Origin: Scenedesmus sp. PABB004
Taxonomy: Eukaryota
DNA: 64,000 nt
Assembly: GCA_014905635.1 (NCBI GenBank)
Contig: CM026547.1
Coordinates: forward strand, 2,976,001-3,040,000
Reading direction: 5' to 3'
The notes beneath the pieces are model-generated. The model was not told the origin of the DNA, searched no databases, and saw nothing but the letters and a program-made list of their open reading frames with translations. The stretch's first letter is position 1; every line of letters starts with the position of its first letter. Position numbers and translations under genes: made by a program. Positions 1 to 12,504 of this stretch are shown one piece after another.

Positions 1-186
1 GTACTCCTTGAACTTGGCGCGGATCGCCTCGGCGCTGCGCGGGTTCTTCTCGTACTTCAGGTGCGTGCTGAAGTACTCGAGCGCGGCTTTGTAGTTCTGC
101 AGCGCCTTCTCGTAGTTCCCCGCCTCATCCTCGGACACCGCGACCTTGACAAACTCGATGGCCTTGCCCTTGAAGTCGCTGTACAT
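1..186 (-). CDS. VPS4: AAA ATPase Vps4/SKD1, N-terminal MIT domain (5' part; runs off the window)
   Basis: ATG at 184-186 (-) gives MYSDFKGKAIEFVKVAVSEDEAGNYEKALQNYKAALEYFSTHLKYEKNPRSAEAIRAKFKEY, recognisable as the plant/algal Vps4 MIT domain. Confidence 0.92.
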   Translation of the reverse strand, partial: MYSDFKGKAIEFVKVAVSEDEAGNYEKALQNYKAALEYFSTHLKYEKNPRSAEAIRAKFKEY

Positions 187-587
187 CGCGGCCCGCACGC
201 GCGGCCGCGCGCGGGGCAGCCGCCGCGCCCCGCGCTGCTGCGCCGCGCCGCCGCGCGCGCCGCGCCGCTGCTGTGCCGCCGCCGGCGCCGCCGCCGGCCG
301 CCGCGGCCGCCGGCAGCGGGCGGGCGAGCGGGGGCCGCTAGCGGGCCGCCTGGCACACGCTCCGGCGACGCGGGCGGGGCGGACCGGCGGGCGCAGGCGC
401 GGGGAGGGCGCGCAGCAGCGGCCGGTGGTGCCAACGACCAGGGCTGCCGGGCCTGCGCGGGGGTGCGGAGCTCTCCCTGTGTGCCAGCGCGAGCGAGCGG
501 AACGACCGGCGCGGCGGAGCGGGCGCGGGCAGGACAGCGTGGCCCAGCAGCAGAGCCCAGGCAACTGATGGCCCGCCAGCTGCCTGC

Positions 588-3500
588 ATGGACGTCCCGG
601 ACGCAGGACGCGCTGCGGCCGCACTCCCTCTCTTCACGCCATGCCAGCCCGTGGCTCGCGATCAGCGGGCCGGCGCAGCCCGGGGGCCTGAGGCGCCCCG
701 CCGGCCTAGGCCGCGCCGGGGCGCCAAAGGCCGCATGGCCCGCGGCGTGTGGTCGTTCACCGAGACCGGCCAGCCTCGGCCCACACCGGTGCAGCTGCAG
801 AGCCTGAGGTGCGCCCGGCGCGGCGCGGCGGCGGCGGCAGCGACGCGGCACGCGCTGCTGCCGCCGATCGGGCGCACCGGGCGCCCCGCCGAGCCGGCGG
901 CGCCCAGGCTTGGCTGCATGGACGCCCGCAGCGGGGCCTGGCGCGCTGCCGCCGCAGCAGCCGCGCGAGCGGCTGCCCGCTCCCCGCTCACTGCCGCGGC
1001 CCTGCCGCCCCGCCGCCCCGCAGCAAGCATGCGCCGCTGCGCAGCATTACGTGCGCGCCCGGCGCGCCCGCCGCCGGGCAGCCGCACCGGCCAGCGCGCG
1101 GCCCCTTTCGCGCGCCCGAGCAGGCGCTGCAGCAGCAGCACCTCAGCCTGGCGCTGGAGCGGGAGCAGCTGCTGGAGCAGCAGCAGCAGCAGCGGCAGCG
1201 TCGGCGACTTGCGGCGCCGGTGGGCGCACCGCAGCCCGAGCCGCTGCACCGGCTTGTGGCCGCGGCGCGCGGCCAGCAGCCGCCGCCCGCCGGCGAGGCG
1301 GCCGCCCTGCTGGAGCGCCTGCAGCCGTTGCTGCCGCGCCTGAGCGCGCAGCACCTGGGCCACGCGGCCTGGGCTGCGGCGCGGCTGGCGGCGCGGGGCG
1401 CGCCGCCCAGCGAGCAGTGGTGCGCGCATCTGCTGGCCGCGGCGGCGCGCCACTTTGACGGCGCCGGCGGCTGGGACGAGGCCAGCGCGGCCACGCTGCT
1501 GCAGGCCCTGGCAAAGCTGCAGCAGCGGCCGAGCGCGGCGTGGCTAGACGCGTGCTGCGCGAGCATGGCGGTGCGGCAGTGGCGCAGCGCACGCGCGCTG
1601 TCCACGATGGCCGCGTGCCTGCCGCAGCTCGGCCACGCGCCGGCCGCGGGCTGGCGGCGGCGCTTCTTCGACGCGTCGTCCGCCGTCCTGGCGGTGGCCC
1701 CGCCCATCAGCCTGGCGCGCATGCTGCACGGCGTGGTGGCGTGGGGCTGCGCGGAGCAGCAGCCGCTGCAGGAGCAGCAGCCGCTGCAGGAGCAGCAGCC
1801 GCTGCAAGAGCAGCAGCCGCAGGAGCAGTCGTCGTCAGAGCCAGAGCAGCCGCCGGCAGACATCCCTGAGCAGTGGCTGCTGGGCCTGCTGCGCGGCCTG
1901 CGGGCGCAGAGTGGCGAGCTGAAGCCGGCGGAGCTGGCCATGGTGCTGCAGTCGCTGCAGCGCCTGGCGCAGCGCGGCGCGCGGCTGCTGCCGCCGGCCG
2001 GCCAGCAGCCGGGTACGGGGCTGCAGCAGGCGGGGCAGCAGCTGCTGCACGCGCTCGTGCCGGCGGTGTTGCAGCAGGTGCAGCGCTTCCAGTCGCAGGA
2101 CCTGACCGTCGCGCTGCTTGCGCTGGGCACCCTGCAGCAGCAGGGGCAGCTGCAGCAGGCAACAGGCGCGTCGCTGGAGCAGCAGCAGCACGTGGCGCAG
2201 GCGGCGCTCGGCATCGGCTGGCCCTGGGTCCAGCGCGTGCTGGCGGCGGTCCAGGTGCGCGATTGCAGGCTCGCAGGGTGGCGGGCGGGCGGGGGCGCGC
2301 TCTGGGGGTGCGCTCCGTGCTCACGCCGCTGCTGCGCGCCGCCACGCTCGCCGCCGCAGGACCACCTGCCCCACCTCGACACGCGGGCGCAGTCGGCGTG
2401 CCTTGCGGCTGCAGCGGCGCTGGTGCGGCCCCACCTCTGGCGCCAGCAGCAGGCGCTGCGCGCGCCAGGCGCCTCGGGCGGGCCGGCAGCAGGCCCCACG
2501 GGCGGCGCCGTGGCGGCGAGCCAGCCGCTGCAGCGCTGGCTGCAGCAGCACCAGCAGCCGCCGGCGCAGGCGGAGCGCGGACCCGGCTTGGCGCCGGCCG
2601 GGGCGGCGGGCCCCGCCGAGTGCTGGGGCGCGTTGCTGGCGAGCTATTTTGTGTTCAGTGAGGCGCAGCTGCACCTCGCCAGCGCGCAGGACCTGGTCGT
2701 CGCCGCCGCGACGCTGGCGGGCTGCGCGGCGGTGCCGCCGGTCGGCTGGTACGCCGCGCTGCTCGGCGCGCTGGAGTCGCACGCGCCGGCCATGACCGGC
2801 GGCCAGGCGGCGGGCGCAGCGTGGGCGCTCGGCCGCCTGGCGCTGCTGCCCAGCCAGCACGACCCGGGCGTCGCGCTCGTGCCGAGCCAGGCGTGGCTGC
2901 GGCGGCTGTACTGCGTCGCGCCGCCCGGCGAGGCGGGCGGCGCCGCCTTTGCGCTGGGCGGCTGCAGCGCCGCCGAGGTGGCTCGGCTCATGTGGGCCGC
3001 CGGCGTGTGCGAGTGCGACCCCGGCGAGCCCTGGTGGGCGGCGGCCGAGGCGCGGCTGGCGAGCGCGGCGGGCGCGGCGGAGCAGCAGCAGCCGGCGTGG
3101 CTGGTGGTGATGGTGCTGCGGGCGTATGCTGCCGCCGGCCGTGGCGTGCCGCCCGTGCTGGTGGAGCGGCTCGTGCTGGCGCCCGAGCTGCAGCGGCAGC
3201 TGGCGGCCGGGCCCGTGGGCGACATGCTGCAGCTCCTGCGCAGCGCGCGGAGCGCTGGCTGCGCGCTGCCCCAGGCCTGGCTGCGCCAGCTGGCCGCGGG
3301 CCTGCAGCCGCGGCTGGCCACCCTCGAGCCGCACCAGCTGCCGCAGCTGGTGCGCTGCCTGGCGGGCGCGGGCCTGCAGCTGGCCGTGCAGCACGCGCCG
3401 CCAGGCAGCGACGGCGGCGGTGGCGACAGCGCCGGCGGCCCGCAGGACGCGCTGAGCGTGTCCGCTTGGCGCGACGCGTGCCTGGCCGCCGGGCAGCGCC

Positions 3501-5014
3501 TGCTGCCGCGCATGGCGCCGCGCGACGCCTGCCTGCTGCTGTCGGGCTGCGCCGCGCTGGGCCTGCAGCCGCCGCGGCCGTGGCTGGAGGCCGCGCTCGC
3601 GGCCGTCGCGGCGGCGTGGCCGGACGCCGAGCCCGGCGCGCTGGCCCTGGCCCTGGCGGGCCTCGCCCGGCTCGGCTACGCGCCCAGCCGGGAGTGGCTC
3701 GGCGGGCTTATGCTGGCCATGCACCGCCGCCTCGCTGCGCCGGCGCCGCGCGGCGGCCAGCCGGCGCTCCTGGGCGCGCTCGTGCGCACGCTGTGGGCCC
3801 TGGGCGCGCTGCGCGTGGACCTGCCGCCGCGGTGGCTCAAGGCGCTGCTGCTGGCGCTGCACACGCACGGCGGCCGGCTCGCGCCGCGCCACGTCGCGCT
3901 GGTCGTGCTGTCGCTCGCGCGGCTGCGCTGCCGGCCCAGCGGCGTCTTCCTGCAGAGCCTGCTGGACCGGCTCAGCGACTGCAGCGGCGCGAGCGCGCTG
4001 GACCTGGTGCACCTCGTGTACGGCGCCGCGGCGCTGCGCTGGACGCCCAGCGGCGCCTGGCTGCGCGCGTGCCTCACCGCGTCGCAGCGGCAGCTGCCGG
4101 CCATGACGCCGCAGGGCCTTGCGCTGCTGCAGTGGGGCCTGGGCGTGCTGCGCGTCGTGCCGCCGGCGCCGTGGCGGCGCGCCGCGGTCGCGGCGACCGC
4201 CGCGCGGCTGCATGAGTTTGACGGCCGCGCACTCGCCATGCTCGCGTGGGCGTGGGGCCGCACCCAGGTGCACCTGGGGCCCAAGCACGCGCAGCTGGCG
4301 CGTGCGCGCGCCGCGGGGCTGACGGCGCCGCCGACGCCGGCGGAGCGGCGCGCGCGCGCGCGCCGGCGCGAGCGCCGCGCGGCGTGGCTCCGGCAGCGCC
4401 GGCAGCGCCGCCTGCTCGTGGCGCGGCTGTGGCGGCGCTGGCTGGCGGCGCAGCAGCGCGGGCAGCTGCCGCAGCAACGGGCGCTGCCGGATCCCACGCA
4501 GCAGCGGGCGCAGCTGCAGCAGCCGCAGCCTCAGCCGCAGCCGCAGCCGCAGCCGCAGCCGCAGCCGCGGCGCCGGCGCGCGGCGGCGCGGCGCCGCGCC
4601 CGCGCGCGGCGCGGCGTCTGGGCGGAGCGCGCGCCCGTCGCCGACGCGCTGCTGGCCGCCGCGTGGCGGCTGCGCGGCACGCTCAGCGCGCAGAGCCGCG
4701 TGCACCTGCTCGCGGGCGTGGCCACGATGCGGCTCGCGCCGGGGCAGGCGTGGCTGCACGGGCTCGTGTGCTCCGCGCCGGCGGCGGGCCTCGCGGCGCT
4801 GGACGGCTACGAGCTGCAGCAGCTGGTGCGCGCGCTCGCGCGCCTGCACTACGTCGCGCCGCGGGGCTGGCTCGACAACGCGGCGCTGCTGCTGGAGACG
4901 CGCGGCGTGCCGCACGCGTGCACGCGGCACAGCGCCGCCGCGTCGCTCGCGGCGCTGCGCCGCGTCGCCGCGCTGGCGGGCGGGCAGGGCTGTGCCGAGG
5001 GCGATGTACACTAG
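588..5014 (+). CDS. Octotricopeptide-repeat (OPR)-type helical repeat protein, probable organellar RNA-binding factor
   Basis: The long frame (749..5014) has about 15 Leu/Ala-rich helical repeats ending in PxxxW(L) (PSEQW, PSAAW, PPVGW, PSQAW, PPRPW, PSREW, PSGAW, PPAPW, PGQAW). Proposed introns are 809-1023 and 2255-2359 (GT..AG). Start is uncertain (ATG 588 or 735). TGTAA lies at 5273. Confidence 0.72.
1754..1828 (+). repeat. 18-bp coding tandem repeat (EQQPLQ), about 4 copies
   Basis: gagcagcagccgctgcag units repeated in frame inside the OPR gene. Confidence 0.85.
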
Positions 5015-5272
5015 GGTACAATAAGTGTGTTTAGGGCTGCGCCGTGTGGCGCGCGGCACGCGGCGCGGCGGGCTGTTGCGCCGCGCGCCGCGCCGCTACA
5101 GCCGGCCGCGGCGGTTGGTCAGTCGGTGCTCGCGAGCTCCGCGTTGGCGCCGTGCATTGCTGGTCCATTCTTTGGCAGCCGCGGCGCTGCTCCGAGCGCG
5201 CGAACGAGCGCCGCAGTTGTTCGCGCCGCGCAGCGCCCGCTGCGTCCGCTCTGGAGCTGCCCGCGAGCTGCG

Positions 5273-5277
5273 TGTAA
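5273..5277 (+). terminator. TGTAA polyadenylation signal (chlorophyte type) of the OPR gene
   Basis: TGTAA lies about 260 nt after the stop at 5014 and just before the next ATG. The motif is rare in this GC background. Confidence 0.6.
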
Positions 5278-5325
5278 CGCGAACGCGACCACGCGACGCC
5301 CCCGCAGCCCCCCTCGAGCTCGGCG

Positions 5326-6419
5326 ATGCCGTCGCCCGCCACGCCGGCGCGGGCGCCGGAGCCGCCGCTCTTTGCCATCGTGCGCCGGCGGGACCTGCAG
5401 GGCCTCACAGAGGCGCTGGAGGCCGGCACCGACATGGACGCCCGCGGCGTCGGCGGCTGGAGCCTGCTGTGAGCCGGCGGCGCGCTGGCCGCCAGCGTGC
5501 GCGCTGGCGCGCCAACGCGCCGCCGTCCGCTTTCTTCGACGGCGCGCCGCAGGCACTGCGCGGTGCAGGCGAGCTGGCCCGCTGGCGTGTCGGCGCTCCT
5601 CGCCGCTGGCGCGAGCACGATGGCGCGGACCACGGCAGGCGACTCCCCCCTCCTGCTCGCCGCGCTGGCCGGCAGCGCCACGTGCGCTGCTCTGCTCATC
5701 GCGGCGGGCGCCGACGTGAACGCGGTCGGGGAGCTCGGCAACCGCCCACTGCACCTCGCGGCGGCGTCGTCACCCGAGGTGGGCCGCCACGTCACGCACG
5801 GCTGGCCAGCCAGCGCGCTGCCAGCTGTGCTGGCCACGCCCCCGGCGCCGCCCGCGCAGGTGGTCACGCAGCTGCTGGTGGCCGGCGCCGACGCGGGCGC
5901 CATGAACGCGCTGGGCAACATGCCGGCGCAGCTCGCGCGCGCCCCCGCCGTGCGTGACGTGCTGGCGCGCATGCGCGCCGCGCCGGGGCCCGTGGAGCGC
6001 GCGGCGCTGCAGGCGGAGCTGCGGGCGCAGCAGGAAGCCGCGGCGGCCGCGGCGGCCGCGGCGGCACGCGAGGCGGCGGCGCAGTGCGTTGCGGGGCGCT
6101 GCTGCTGCGGCCGCGCGCAGCGCGGGCGCGCCGTCGTCAGCGCACTCACCCCCGCCCGCCGCGTGCCGCCCCCAGGCAGCAGGCCGCGGTCGAGGCGCGG
6201 GCCGCGGCCGCGCGGCGGCGACAGGAGGAGGACGAGCTGGAGGACCGGCTGGCGGAGGCGGCGGCGGCCGCCGAGGCGGCTGCGGCGGAGGCTGCGGCCG
6301 CGGCCGAGGCGGAGCGGCGCGCCGCGGAGGCGGAGGCCGCGCGCGCTGCGGCGGAGGCGGACAAGGCAGCGCGCGCGGCGGCGCGCAGGGCCAAGGCCGC
6401 GGCGGCCAAGCGGCGCTGA
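5326..6419 (+). CDS. Ankyrin-repeat protein with C-terminal Ala/Glu/Arg coiled coil
   Basis: MPSPATPARAPEPPLFAIV..GWSLL/HCAV..GDSPLLLAA..GADVNA..GNRPLHLAA..GNMPAQLA. Three GT-AG introns; ends AAAAKRR*. Confidence 0.8.
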
Positions 6420-6626
6420 ACGCGGCGCGCCCGCCCGGCCGCGCCGGGCGGGCGCGGGTGACGTCTCTGACGGTGCCGCCGCTGCCTTCGGCCGCCACCC
6501 TGCCCGCCGGCGCATCCCCGCCCGTCCACTCACTCCGCCGCACGGCGACCTGGCGCCCGGCAGCAGGGGGCGGGCAGCCGCCGCAGCGCGCTCTCTCTCT
6601 TCGGCGGCGGCCGCCGGTGCCGCGCG

Positions 6627-8970
6627 ATGTCCGCCTCTCCGCTCCGCCCGGGTGGACCGCTGCTGCTCTGCCTGCTCTGTGCGCTCGCCGCCGCGGCGGC
6701 CGCGCCCGCGGGCGAGCGCGGCGAGTGGCAGCAGCAGCGGCAGCAGCACCGACCCAAGCCCCCGCCGGGCGCGGACAACCTCCCCCACCCCACGTCCGCG
6801 GGCTACGTGGACGTGGACGCCAACCACGGTGCGCGCCAACCAGCCGCCGGCCGCTGCCGCGGCGTGGGCGCCGCCGCGCTCGGCCGCTGACCGCGCTGCT
6901 GGGTGCCGCCAGGGTCAAGCATATACTACCAGTACTATGAGGCCGACAGCGTCCACCCGCGCGACACGACGCCGATCGTGCTGTGGCTGCAGGGCGGCCC
7001 GGGGTGCTCGAGCCTCTTCGGCACGTTCTACCTCAACGGCCCCTTCGCGCTGAGCGTGGACGGCGTGCTGCGCACCAACCCGGGGCGCTGGAACCGGCGC
7101 TACGGGATGCTCTTCATTGACCAGCCCATCGGCACCGGCTTCTCACGCGCAGGCGCGGCCGCCGCGCCGCCGCAGCACGGGGCACGCGCCGCCGCGCCCC
7201 GCCGCCGCACGGGGGCACGCGCCGCCGCGCGCCGCCGCGCGCCGGCCTGACCGCCACCCCGCCGCGACCGCCGCACCCGCAACTGCCGCCGCCGCCGCGG
7301 GCGCGCAGGCAGCCAGGCCATCCCCCGCGAGGAGCTCACGCTCGCGGCGCACCTCTACACCGCGCTGCAGGGCTTTTACCGCGCGCACCCGGCCTTTGCG
7401 GCGCGGCCGCTCTACATCACGGGCGAGAGCTACGCCGGCAAGTACGCGCCGAGCATCGCGCATTACATCATCCAGGCCGCCGCGCAGGCTGCCGGCACCG
7501 CGGGCAAGCTGCACAGGCGCCGCGCGCTGCCGGACGACGTCGAGCCGCCGGCCTTCCGCCTCGGCGGCGTCGCCATCGGCAACGGCTTCACCGGTGCGGC
7601 CGGCGGCGGGGTGTCGACGGCAGCAGCAGCGCGGCAGCACGCGGACGGCGGCGGCGCCCGCCCCGCGTGCGCCGCCCGAGCCGCCGCCGCGCCGCCCCCG
7701 CCGCCGCGCCTGCCGCCACGCGGCAGACGCGGTGGCCCAGACGCTGGTGCAGGCTGAGGTCGCGTTCAACATGGGCCTTCTGGACAGCCGGCAGCGCGCG
7801 GAGGCGGAGGCGATGCAGACAGAGGTGGTGGAGCTCGTGCGCAACCGCAACTGGGTCAAGGCCCGCCGCGCGAGCGACGCGCTGCTGGGTTACATCACCA
7901 ACTCCTCGGCCACCGCCACGCTGGAGGACATCCGCCGAGACAAGGCCTACGACGCGGAGGACCGCGTGAGGTGACGCCGCCCGCGCCCGCGCCCGCACCC
8001 GCGCCCGCGCCCGCGCGTGCGCCCGCGCCCGCGCCCGCGCGCGGCGGCCCCGCCCACGCCCGCGCGCGCCGCGCGCCGGCCGCCGCGCAGCGCGTACCTG
8101 AACCGCGCGGAGGTCAAGGCCAACGTGGGCGCGCCCGCCGACATCGTGTACGCCGCGTGCAGCAAGGAGGTGGACGCGGCGATGGGGCACGACGTGATGA
8201 AGAGCGTCGCGGGGCTCGTCCCAGACATTCTCGCGTCCAGCCACCTCATGCTCTACCAGGCGCGCGCGCGCCGGCGGCGGCGGGCGGGGAGGGGGGGGAG
8301 GGAGCAAGGGAGGGGATGCGGGTGGGGCGTGGGGGCGTTCAACTGAACCGTCCATCGCCGCCGCGCCGCGCAGGGCCAGTTTGACGCCGAGTGCGGCGTC
8401 GCGTCGAACGAGGCCTGGATCTCACGCCTCTCCTGGTGAGCGCCCGCGCCGCGGCCGGCAGCGGGGCGTCGCCGGCGGGGCGCCGCGCCCAGCGCGCTGC
8501 GCCGCGCCCACGCCCGCGGCCGCGCATGCGCCCGCTGCGGTGCGCCGCAGGCCGGGGCACACTGGCTTCTGGAACGCGGAGCGCACGTTCTGGCGGGACC
8601 CCGAGTTTGGCGACCGCGTGCTCGGCTTTGTCAAGAGCCACGCCAGGCTCAGCCACGTGGTCATCCGCAACGCGGGACACATGGTGCGAGCCCCGCTGGC
8701 TGCGCGCGCGCGCGCGCGCGCTGGCTGCCACGCCTGCGCAGGACGTGGGCCGGGCTGCGCGCGCGCGCGCCGGCCAGCTGCAGGGGGCGATGCCGGCACG
8801 CCGCCGCGCGCCCGCAGGTGCCGCACGACCGCCCCGTGGTGTCGCAGCGCATGATCGAGGCGTTTGTGGAGTCGGTCGAGGCCGGCAGCGAGGTGTTTGA
8901 CCCCGCCGCCGCGCGGCGCGGCGCGCCAGCGCGCTCAGCGCCGAGCGGCGCCCGCATCGCGGCCGCGTGA
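6627..8970 (+). CDS. Secreted serine carboxypeptidase (S10 family, SCPL/CPVL-like)
   Basis: Signal peptide, WLQGGPGCSS, FIDQPIGTGFS, catalytic GESYAG, YQ/GQFD and NAGHM/VPHD motifs spread over multiple exons; stop at 8968-8970. Confidence 0.95.
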
Positions 8971-9606
8971 CCGGCCCCAGCTCGGGACGCGCGCCGCGCA
9001 GTGCGGCAGGCTGCGGCTCAGCCCGCGACGCTTCCGGTGATCGCTCTCTATCTATTGTCTCTCTTGCGCTCGGCTGGGCTGGGTGATCAGGGCAGAGCGG
9101 CGAGGCTGCGCTCTCAAGTTGCAACCTGCCGGTCCTCGAGCGCGCCGCCGCTTTGCAGCAGCTCAACTGGATAGCACCCCCGTCACCCCGCCGCCGCGCC
9201 TGCCCTGGCTGCGGAGCCGCTGCTGCAAGACGGCGCCCGCGCGGGTCCCGTGAGTGCGCGCGCGCGTGCGCGCAAGAAAACTGCCGAGCTGTGCAGTCCG
9301 AGAGAGCCGCCGCTGCCGTCGCCGCTGCTGCCGCCGGGGGCGTGCGCGCCAGCTGCGCGCGCCACGCCCGGCCGCCCTGCCCCGCCCTGGCCCCCGCCCG
9401 AGCTGCCGCGCCGGCCTCCCGTCATGCCCCGCTCTCTCCGCCGTGATGGTACACCGCGGCGGCGCGACTGCCGCCGCCGCGTCGGCCGCGTCGGCCATGC
9501 TGCTGCTGCTGCTGCTGCTGCACCACCTCACGGACGCGCGCGCCGCTCGCCGCGCGGCTCGCACCGAGTGAAGGTACTGCCGGCAGCCTGTTCGACGCGC
9601 CACCAA

Positions 9607-11456
9607 TCACTTAGGAAGGAAGTGCTTGCCAAAGAACTTCTGGCATCCGAACGCCCTGAAACGCTTCTGCCCGGTCAGCTTCTCCAGCAGCGCGTCCGAC
9701 TTTATGAACTGCTTGTTGCTCGGGTCCTGCGGCGCGCGCGCGCACGTGCGACGGCGGCGGCGGCAACGGCGGCGCGGGTCGGGACCGCGCCCGCGGCCTG
9801 CTGCGCCGCGCGGCCTGCTGCGCCGCGCGGGCCCTGCTGCCGCTGGGCGGCCCGGGGGTGGTCGCACCATGAGGTCGTGCTCGCGCGCGTACGCGTAGAC
9901 CCACTTGACCAGCTGCCCGCGCGACATCGTGGGCTGCCCCACCGCCGCGGCGAGGTCGTCCGACAGCGGGATCTCCGCGGTGAACCCCCCGCCGCCGCCG
10001 CCGCGCGCCTTCTTGGCTGCGGGCTCGCCGCCGGAGCGCGCGCGCGCACGCGCCTTGCTCTTGGCCGCGGCCGCGCGCGGCGTGTGGCCGCCGTCGCTCG
10101 CGGCGCCGCTGCTCTCGCCGCCGTCGTCGCCGTCGCTGCCGCCGGCGACCGCGGCTGCGCGTGGGCGCGGCGGGGGCGGGGGCGGCTGGCTCGGGCCCGC
10201 GCGCCCGCGCGCCCGCGCGCACGCGCCCCCGCCAGGCTGGCGCGCCGGGCTGGCGCGCGGGTCGCGCACCGCTCGTGAAGATGTGCTTTGAGAGCTGCTT
10301 GTTCATCGAGAACATGTTGACGGGGTGCGTGAAGATTGTGGCGAGCTTGGCGTCCAGCACGAGGTTGCGCTTGTTGGCCGGGTCCTGGCCGGCCGCGCGG
10401 CGCGCCGGCGGCGCGACCCGCGGCGTGGGCGGGGCGGCCGCGGGCGGCGCGGCGCGTGCGGCGCGGGGTGCGGGCGCGCGGGGTGCGTGCCTGCAGGCCG
10501 TGCTCCCTGATGTAGGCCCAGATCTCCTTGACCACCTGGGGGCGTGGCATGCTCTCCACGCCGAGGAAGGCCTTGAGCTCGTCCGACAGGTGCGCGCCGA
10601 GGCTCGCGCCGCGCCTGCGGGCGTCGGCGTCGGCGCGGTGCCAGCGCAGTGTGCGGCATCGGCGGCGTCAGCGTGGGGGCGTGCGCCCCGCGCGCGCGGC
10701 GTGTGTGTGTGGGGGGGGTGGGGGAGGGGGCAGCGCCTCGCACCGGCCGCCGCCGCTGCCGCGGCCCTCCGCCGCCTCCTCCTCCTCCTCCTCCGGCTCC
10801 GCTGGCCGCTTGGCCTCCAGGTAGGCCATCACCTGTGCGGGGCGGCGCCAGGCATGAGCCGCCGCAGCGGCGGGCAACCGCCGCGGGCAACCAGCGGCAA
10901 CCGGCGCGGCGGCGGGCAGCGCGCGCCGCCGCTGCCGCGCGCGGCGCGGACCTCCTCGCGAATGAGCGCCTTCTTCTCGCCCAGCTTCACGCCGAACGCC
11001 TCCTCCAGGCTCTTGCGCAGCATCTTCTCTGCGCGGGCGGCGGCGGCGGCGGGCGCGGCGGGCGTGAGGCAGCGGCGCGCGAGCGCGCGGCCCGGCGCGC
11101 GCCGCTCGCGCCGCGCCCCGGCGCGCCGCACCCGTGACGGTGGCCAGGTCGGCCTGCTCCAGCAGCTCCGCCAGGTGCGCCTTGATGGCGTCGTCGGAGG
11201 GGGCGCCTGCGGGCTCGCCCGCGGCGTGCTGCTGCTCCTCGACCTTGGCCGCGCCGTTTGCCTCCGGCGCGGCAGGCGCGCCCGGCTCCGGCTTGACCTC
11301 CGCCTTGACCTCCACCTCCGCCTTGACCTCCTGCACCGCCTCGCCGGCCGGCGCTGCCGGCGCGGGCGGTTGCATCTCCGCTTCGGGCACCCCCGCCCCC
11401 AGCGGCGCCTCAGTCACCACCGGCTCCGCCTTGGGCTGCTCCAGCGCGGGCTCCAT
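9607..11456 (-). CDS. DEK-C plus two SWIB/MDM2 domain protein (UAF30/Spp27-like)
   Basis: DEK-C: IKAHLAELLEQADLATVT/EKMLRKSLEEAFGVKLGEKK. SWIB1: LSDELKAFLG..MPRPQVVKEIWAYIREHGLQ/DPANKR. SWIB2: LSDDLAAAVG..MSRGQLVKWVYAYAREHDLM/DPSNKQ. Confidence 0.88.
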
Positions 11457-12297
11457 GGTGCTGGCGCGGGAGTGTGGCGCGCGGTGGCGGCGCGCCGCCG
11501 CTCTGCCCACGCGGGCGCCGCTGAGCTGAACCACCGAGCGCGGACGACGCGACGACGGATCAAGTCATTGCAAGTGTCCCCCGCCCCCGCATTGAGTTTT
11601 CCGGCACGCACCAACGTCGCCACATCCACCGCGTCCATCGAGGAGCGAAAGCAAAAGGTCAGGGTGGCACGCGTCGGCGCAGGGCGGCGGCGCCGGCTCA
11701 AAAGCCCCCGCCTCGCGCGCGCGGGGCCGCCTCGCCAGCAGCAGCCCCACTGCCTTGCCGCCGCTGCAATGCGCGCGGACGGCGGCACGTCACGCTCCCC
11801 ACGCCCGTCAGCCCGCGGCCGTGCCAGACGTTGGCTGTGTGTCGCCGCGGGCTGCCGCGATGCTCTCCTCATGTCGACGGCCGCGGCGAGCCAGCCAGTC
11901 GGGTGGTGGTCAGCCGCACCGCACTCACACAGAGTGATCGTGTCCGTGCCGCGGTCAAAACCAATGCAGTGTGCCCTTGCACCCCCGCCCAAACCGAGTT
12001 CCCGCCTCGCTCCCCTGTGCTGGGCGCTTCGGTGGGCGCCCGAAGCACCCAGCGCGCACGCGCGGCGGCAGCCGCACACACTCCTGGGAGCGCCGCGGGC
12101 ACCCGCGCCATGCCCCCAGCGCCCGGGGGCTGGTGCACTATGCGTGGTGCCGGCGCGCGGCCGCCGCCGCGCGAGAGGCTCCGGCCGTCTCGCAAGCGCT
12201 CCGGCGCGCAGCAGCGGGCCCGCCCACGGCTGCCAGCGGCGTGGGTGCCGCTGTGGCGCGGTCGCGGGGCTCAGTCGCCGCCAACGGCGCCATGGGC

Positions 12298-12460
12298 TCA
12301 GTGCTCCATGGCGCCGTTGGCGGCGCCGTTGGCGTGCACTCGCCGGCTGGCGGCGTCCTGCAGCGCCGGCGCGAGGTCGCCGGCGAGGCCCAGCGGCGTC
12401 TCGCCCTGCTTGTTGGCGGCCTGCGGGGGGCGCGGCCGCGCGGGTCGGTGGGTCGGCGAC

Positions 12461-12504
<44 letters not shown>

